From NCBI RefSeq assembly GCF_021869535.1, contig NW_026262581.1, positions 122,202,001-122,266,000 of the forward strand: a DNA stretch of 64,000 nucleotides. Reading direction: 5' to 3'. Below, in pieces: positions 58,436 through 64,000 of the stretch; the stretch's first letter is position 1; each line of letters opens with the position of its first letter. The stretch comes from Mytilus californianus. Taxonomy: Eukaryota. The translations under genes and the position numbers were made by a program. The notes beneath the pieces are model-generated. The model had not been told where the DNA came from. It saw nothing but the letters and a program-made list of their open reading frames with translations, and did no database searches.

Positions 58436-60023
58436 AATTGAAATGTCAACTTAACTGTTAAAATATATGTCCGATCCTTTTGTCTTTTCTTTATCCGGAA
58501 TTCTTCTCTTCACTGTTGCCGGAATCCAAACAGAATATTATGTCCAATAAGTCACAATCTAGTATGATGTAGTTAACGTAAATAAAAGTGTCAATCCAAC
58601 AACTGCAGAGAACTTCTGAGAATACAAGAAAGTTAATGTCTAATCTGAAAGTCTAACTTTAGTGATCTTTAGTGTCTGTATAAGCCTCTGTTCCAAACTC
58701 GGTCAAATGATCGACTTATGTGGCAAAATATTACCCTTACCTCTATTCCTGTATCCAATGCTTTACCAATTTCGTTGGTTTAACGCCGAATCACCAGGGA
58801 TAAAACAAGACTGGAATTTTGTTAATAAAGAATTTGTGATAATGAATTTAAAAAGGTATTCGAAAATGCACCTCTTCATTGTCTTCGCAATATTTGATAG
58901 CAAAGATATTTGACAATATGTAATTCAGTAATATTTCTAGGCCACCCTTATTTCTATAGACGGGTATAACATTTGGTAGTATTTTGTCAGCAGGGATCGA
59001 TTCAAAAGTTTGTAAACGGAAGTTTTTACCGACCTCAGAAGTCTTGGTTTGGTTAAATCAATTGTTTGTAATGTAAAGAGATATTCTTCGAAATTTGGTA
59101 TATTTCCATCTTATAATATTACAGATACAGTTTAAGTTTCATCGTAGTTGATACTTTTGTACAGACTAAATCCTTTCAATTTAAAAAAAAAAAGGTAAAC
59201 CGTTTTCCCGCATATTTTCCTTAATCATTGACCTTGAATCGTAATTTGGTATAGATTCTATATGACATCGGACAGATTACCGCCTTTTTGCGTTGTATAG
59301 AGGTGTTGTCCTGCTTTATTGTATATAAACAACTTATATAATTCACTCTTTTTTCTTTCTTTTTTTTTGTGTGTGTAAAAAATGGAGATATTCCCAGGAC
59401 TTTATGTTTTTTTGTCATTATATGATAAGTAACAGATCAAGTTTGAGTTTGGTCATGATTGATTTTAAATACTGATTAATGTATGGTTTAAAACTATACG
59501 GACGAAGGAGTTTCATTCACAAATTTTAAGCGGTATTTCTTAATCATTTATTTTAAAATACTGCTCTTTTTTGAGGAATTTTATAGTTTTACCAGTGGTG
59601 GCATTTCAATCTTTATCTGTGATGAAAAAAAAAATTTGATATTGTTTAACATACAATCGAAATTTGAAATGTATCTTTTTCATTTTTTTTAACAACAAAT
59701 TCTGATGCACGAACTCTGAATTTTATAAATCGGGTGTTTTATGATATTCTTAATCTTCGTCCTGTTGCGACATTGGTGTTTTCAGAGACCAGTGCTTTTA
59801 CAAGGAGGGTCACCACTAATTCTATTCTTGGCCCCTTTGCTTTCTATGCTTAAATCTTCAATTTCAAACGTTCATAGCTCATTTTCTTAAGTTCAAATAA
59901 AGTGACAGCAATTGCATGTCAAAGCAATATCTTAGCTTTCATTGTGCTGAAAAAAAAATCAACATACCTTTAATTGCATATAAGAGCGTACTAGTTCCCG
60001 GAACTTAAAAGGTAAAGAAACTG

Positions 60024-60549
60024 TAAATGGGCTATGTCACAGATTTTGCTAAATTTTGCATACAACCTTGGCTGGTTGAACTATAACTGAAAATCGAAAA
60101 AAAATAACGCATTTATCTCTTTTATCATCTGAAATATTACTGATTGAAATCTTTCAAAATTGGTGAACATTTTTATAGGAAGCACATATAATCGTGAAAA
60201 ACCTTCTTAAATTTGTCTTAAAATCATCAAATCTCTAATTTCTAATACATAGATTTTTCTTAAAAAACTATATAAAACGGAAATTAATGTATCAACAACA
60301 TATAGTTTTTTAAGAAAAATTCATGTATATGAAATTAGAGATTTGATGATTTTAAAACAAATTTAAGAAAGTTTTTCGCCGATCGTAATTGCTTTCTATA
60401 CAAATGTTCACCCATTTTGAAAGATTTCAATCAGTAATATTTCAGATGATAAAAGAGATAAATGCATTATTTTTTCGATTTTCAGTTATAGTTCACCGAG
60501 CCAGAGCTATATGCAAAATTTTACTAAAATCTGTGACATAGCCCATTTA
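60024..60549. mobile_element. 526-bp palindrome (foldback MITE with ~250-bp arms and a 26-nt spacer)
   Basis: TAAATGGGCTATGTCACAGATTTT (60024) pairs with AAAATCTGTGACATAGCCCATTTA (60549). Pairing continues inward to CTTAAAAAACTATAT / ATATAGTTTTTTAAG, leaving a loop at 60274-60299. Confidence 0.9.
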
Positions 60550-60806
60550 GCTTTTATTTGATACCACATTTACCAAAATGTTCTACATATTTTGAAAGTT
60601 ACACCCATGCGCAAGAACTATTTTGTTGAAAATATGTACTATATTCTTTCCAGGCCCGAATTAGTGATGTTACACCTACAAGGCAATGGAACAAAATGAT
60701 GTCGTAACAGAAAACAATTACTATTTCAATGCACAAACTACAGAAAATGTTAATAAAATTTTCATTTTATACATATTGATTAAAATTTTTTTTTGTTTTT
60801 TGTTAG

Positions 60807-63800
60807 ATGAACTACAAAATACTTTTCGCTGTTATTTACTTATTTGGAATAAATCATGAATCATATCGTTTTAATCAATGCAGTGGAGAGATGATAAATC
60901 CCGATAATTTCTTTAAGCAATATGTGACGGCCTGTGGATTTGGATATCTTTGCAACAATAGTTTGGAAAATGCAACTGGTTTGTATGTGCCCAGGAGCCT
61001 AGGGCCTTGTCCATCTTGTGCATGTGATAATGGCTGCTTTTCTAGAAATGATTGTTGTCCTGATAAACTGTTTACTCGACCATGGACAGCATGTGAATCT
61101 ACCTCAATTAACAGTCTATATGAAACTAATCTGGTCAAGTATCCTTTAATTAGCAGCTGCCCTGCAAATGCTTTGTATGAAGATACACTGTCATGTTATG
61201 ACCCAAATAATCCTTTTACTGCATCCACATATCAATACAGGCATACACCGGTAAATTCCAATCGAACACAACTGTCTTATAAGAACATTTTTTGTGCCTT
61301 ATGTCATGCAGAAGACCCGGCAGATTTAGAAAAATGGGATATATACATCAGCAACAGCAGTTGTGAACCGGAAGTGTATAACATTGAGTCTTCGTTTTCC
61401 TTTTCTGAATTAGCCGACCCTAGATTTCATACGTTTTGTGATGCCTGGTATATACCTAAGTCTTACAATATGGTTCCGCAATGTTCTAGTGAAGATCAAA
61501 TCCTATATAACGATTGCAATATAACAGGAACTTGGACAGCTTATAACGTTGACATATACCATGCTTGCCGCTCAGGCTACGGTCCATCTTTTCGCTTGTA
61601 CAGTAATATATTTTGTTTTATGTGTAATCCACCTAGACAACACGTTCCGCTCATATCTTCATGCAATTTAAACATTTTGAATACAATGTATGGGAACGAT
61701 CTGTTCACTTTGTGCAACAAACAAGAACTGTCATTTATAACTTTTCCTTACAAAAATGTATTTTGCTACCTCTGTAACTTGATAGTGAAAGATGACTTCC
61801 TTTACAAACCATTTTCTGCAACAGAAAACGAGTTTCTTTTAAAAAAGTCCGTCGTTTACATTTACACAAATATTAGGCTGAACAATTTAGATCATGTTGT
61901 AAAACAAAACGCTGACGTTTCTACAGATTTACCTTCTTTCTATGACAAAACTTCAATCGTTTTGAATGGTGTTCATTACAATCTGTCGTCTCTGCTACTG
62001 ACAAAAGTTTTATCATCTCCAACAAATATTTGCAATAAGAATAATCTTCCTCGTAATTTTCGTAACTTAACCGCACAGAACTGCGACTGTGATCCGAACT
62101 GTCTTTTTACAAACAAGTGCACCTGTTGTGTTGATGTTGCAATATCATATCCGTTAGAGTGCTTCAATTCATTATTTGTAGTAACAAATGGATGTTATGG
62201 TGATAAAAACATTGGCAAACCGTATTTTTCTACCATTAACTTCCTCTGTGAATCAAATACCGTTTACGGATCTCTTCCAGTAGTCTTTAATGGGATAGAC
62301 TACAAGAACATTTTCTGTTATATTTGTAACAGTGATTATCAAGTTTTAAATGATACACTTGTTGTTTCATCCGACTATCACATCAGAAGTACGTTTATTA
62401 CATGTGCTGAAACTGTTCCCATGTTGTATAGTGTCACGTTCGATGATATATTGACACATGCACGAAATTCGAAGTGTAAATTTACTTTCGAAACAAAAGA
62501 CCATATTCCAAGAGGATGCGTACAGTCTTATTACCACCAAGTTTGTGATTTATCATCTGACGTACCCTTAGATTTATTTGAAGTATGTCATAGATTATCG
62601 TATGAAAATCTTTATCCATATGGTGACTATAAAAATGAGATTTGTTTCCTTTGCGATAACTATGGCAGAATGAAATCTTCGAATGACACAATACAAACAT
62701 GTAGTGATACTTATAGTAATACATCACTTGCAAGCGCGTGTTATAATTTACCAATGTCACAGTCAGACATCATATTTCCGTACAAGAACTCCTTTTGTAA
62801 ACTTTGTAATCAGGAATGTTTTCCTCATTGTAATTTCGGTGAACCGATTCCACCATTGTCAGACTGTCTAAGTGAACCGGGTTCAATTGGTATCGTGGAT
62901 CCCCCATCTTTACGACAAGTATTTGGAATTCCGGTTGAAGAACCAAACATAGATCAAGAAGAATCACACGTCGTTCTTAATTACACGCTAATGTTTGATA
63001 AGATAAATGTAAGTAAAATCCTTTTAGGTTGATTATTATACTGTAAGATTCAGAATGATAACATAAAGCCAATATAAAGCCAGTTTTTAAAGACAAGATT
63101 GGTAAATACCGAATCACTAACAATAGAGAGAATGTCAGATATCAAAATCCACAGTACAATGCAAAAACATAACAAATAAAAGGCTATTTGTTTTCTAATT
63201 TATCAATGTGTAAAATAGGCCAATTCACTCACAAACTTGCCCTGTGTTGTGAGTAAGTTTGAGAGTGTAGTTGTATATTTTCCCAGTGATTAATAAATAA
63301 AAAATGACGTTTAAGGCTAAAATTAGTTCTAAAAAGAAATACTTCAAATCACTCTGTGTTAATGAAAATCAGTAACCTCTATTAACATATAATTAACTAT
63401 TATAAGTAAGTATTTGTATTCAGTGAATACTTCAAAATGTATCGGTTTTCTTACTGTTTTGATCGTATTTATTTCATTGAACTTAAAAGAAACGACGGAT
63501 GCAGTTAGGTCAGGTTCAATCTGACAAACCTACAAAATCTGTTGACTAATAAACTTTACGACGAACAAATGTTTCCTGTTTCACATTGTAAAATTTCCAT
63601 GCTTAGGTTTCAATACTTGTGAAGAACTTGCATTTATCGTTTAGAAGATATAAAGTTATGCATTTTGTAGATAAATGTTTGCTGTAACAAAAAAGCTTCA
63701 TAAGGTTTTTGCAATAGTAAGTTGAAGTAATTTCTTCATACGTTTCAAGGTCACAAACGCTGATAAAATATCGGAGTAACACGACAAATATATCATTTAT

Positions 63801-64000
63801 CGTAGCCACGATTTCAATCGCTCCCGCATTCATGGCTTTTCTTGTATTTTCAGCATATGTATCGATCCATTACTTGTTTTCCTGGGCGCATGTTAACACC
63901 TGATGAATGTAAGGTACGGGATATGACGGAGAAAGTTGGAGAATATGTATTGATGGTAAAAACAGTAGGCAGAATCGTCAAGAAAAACAACTACGGATCT
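60807..64000 (+). CDS. Large Cys-rich extracellular protein (2 somatomedin-B-like domains, 6 YKNxFCxxC repeats), probably the ectodomain of an adhesion/secretin-family-like GPCR; 3' end lies outside the window
   Basis: Exon 60807-63008 encodes 734 aa (AG directly before the ATG, GTAAGT donor at 63009, phase 0). The next exon runs from 63854 to the window end (TTTTCAG acceptor) and is open in frame: HMYRSITCFPGRMLTPDECK... Signal-peptide-like N-terminus, 51 Cys and many N-x-S/T sequons. The 7TM assignment is inference. Confidence 0.85.

Noticed and set aside
63899-63930. CTGATGA as a third hammerhead core
   Set aside because: No stem II/GAAA arrangement follows, and it lies in the open coding exon of the Cys-rich gene.

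Overview
AT-rich animal genomic DNA. The dispersed repeat families resemble those I recall from bivalves, probably Mytilus; that assignment is inference. I reconstructed five protein-coding genes. (1) An 8-exon PIGW (3697-13820, +, 488 aa). (2) A single-coding-exon cGAS-like receptor (cGLR/Mab-21 nucleotidyltransferase, 20441-21538, +, 365 aa) with an intact catalytic triad. (3, 4) Two complete alpha-tubulin genes arranged head-to-head (31175-27477, minus; 44372-47631, plus; both 451 aa). Their exons are a mosaic of near-identical tracts and divergence islands centred on the five amino-acid differences. (5) The 5' part of a large secreted or membrane Cys-rich protein (60807 to past the window end, +), built from a duplicated module of one somatomedin-B-like domain plus three YKNxFCxxC repeats. 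The intergenic and intronic DNA is full of mobile elements: three Helentron/HINE-like elements with internal satellites, Penelope-like RT remnants, two hammerhead-ribozyme remnants, a decayed CR1 LINE with a 2A-like NPGP motif and PHD finger, TTAA-flanked MITEs, a 526-bp palindrome and a 90-bp foldback element with an 8-bp target-site duplication. No rRNA, tRNA or CRISPR array was seen. All alignments and counts were done by eye; no database searches were run.
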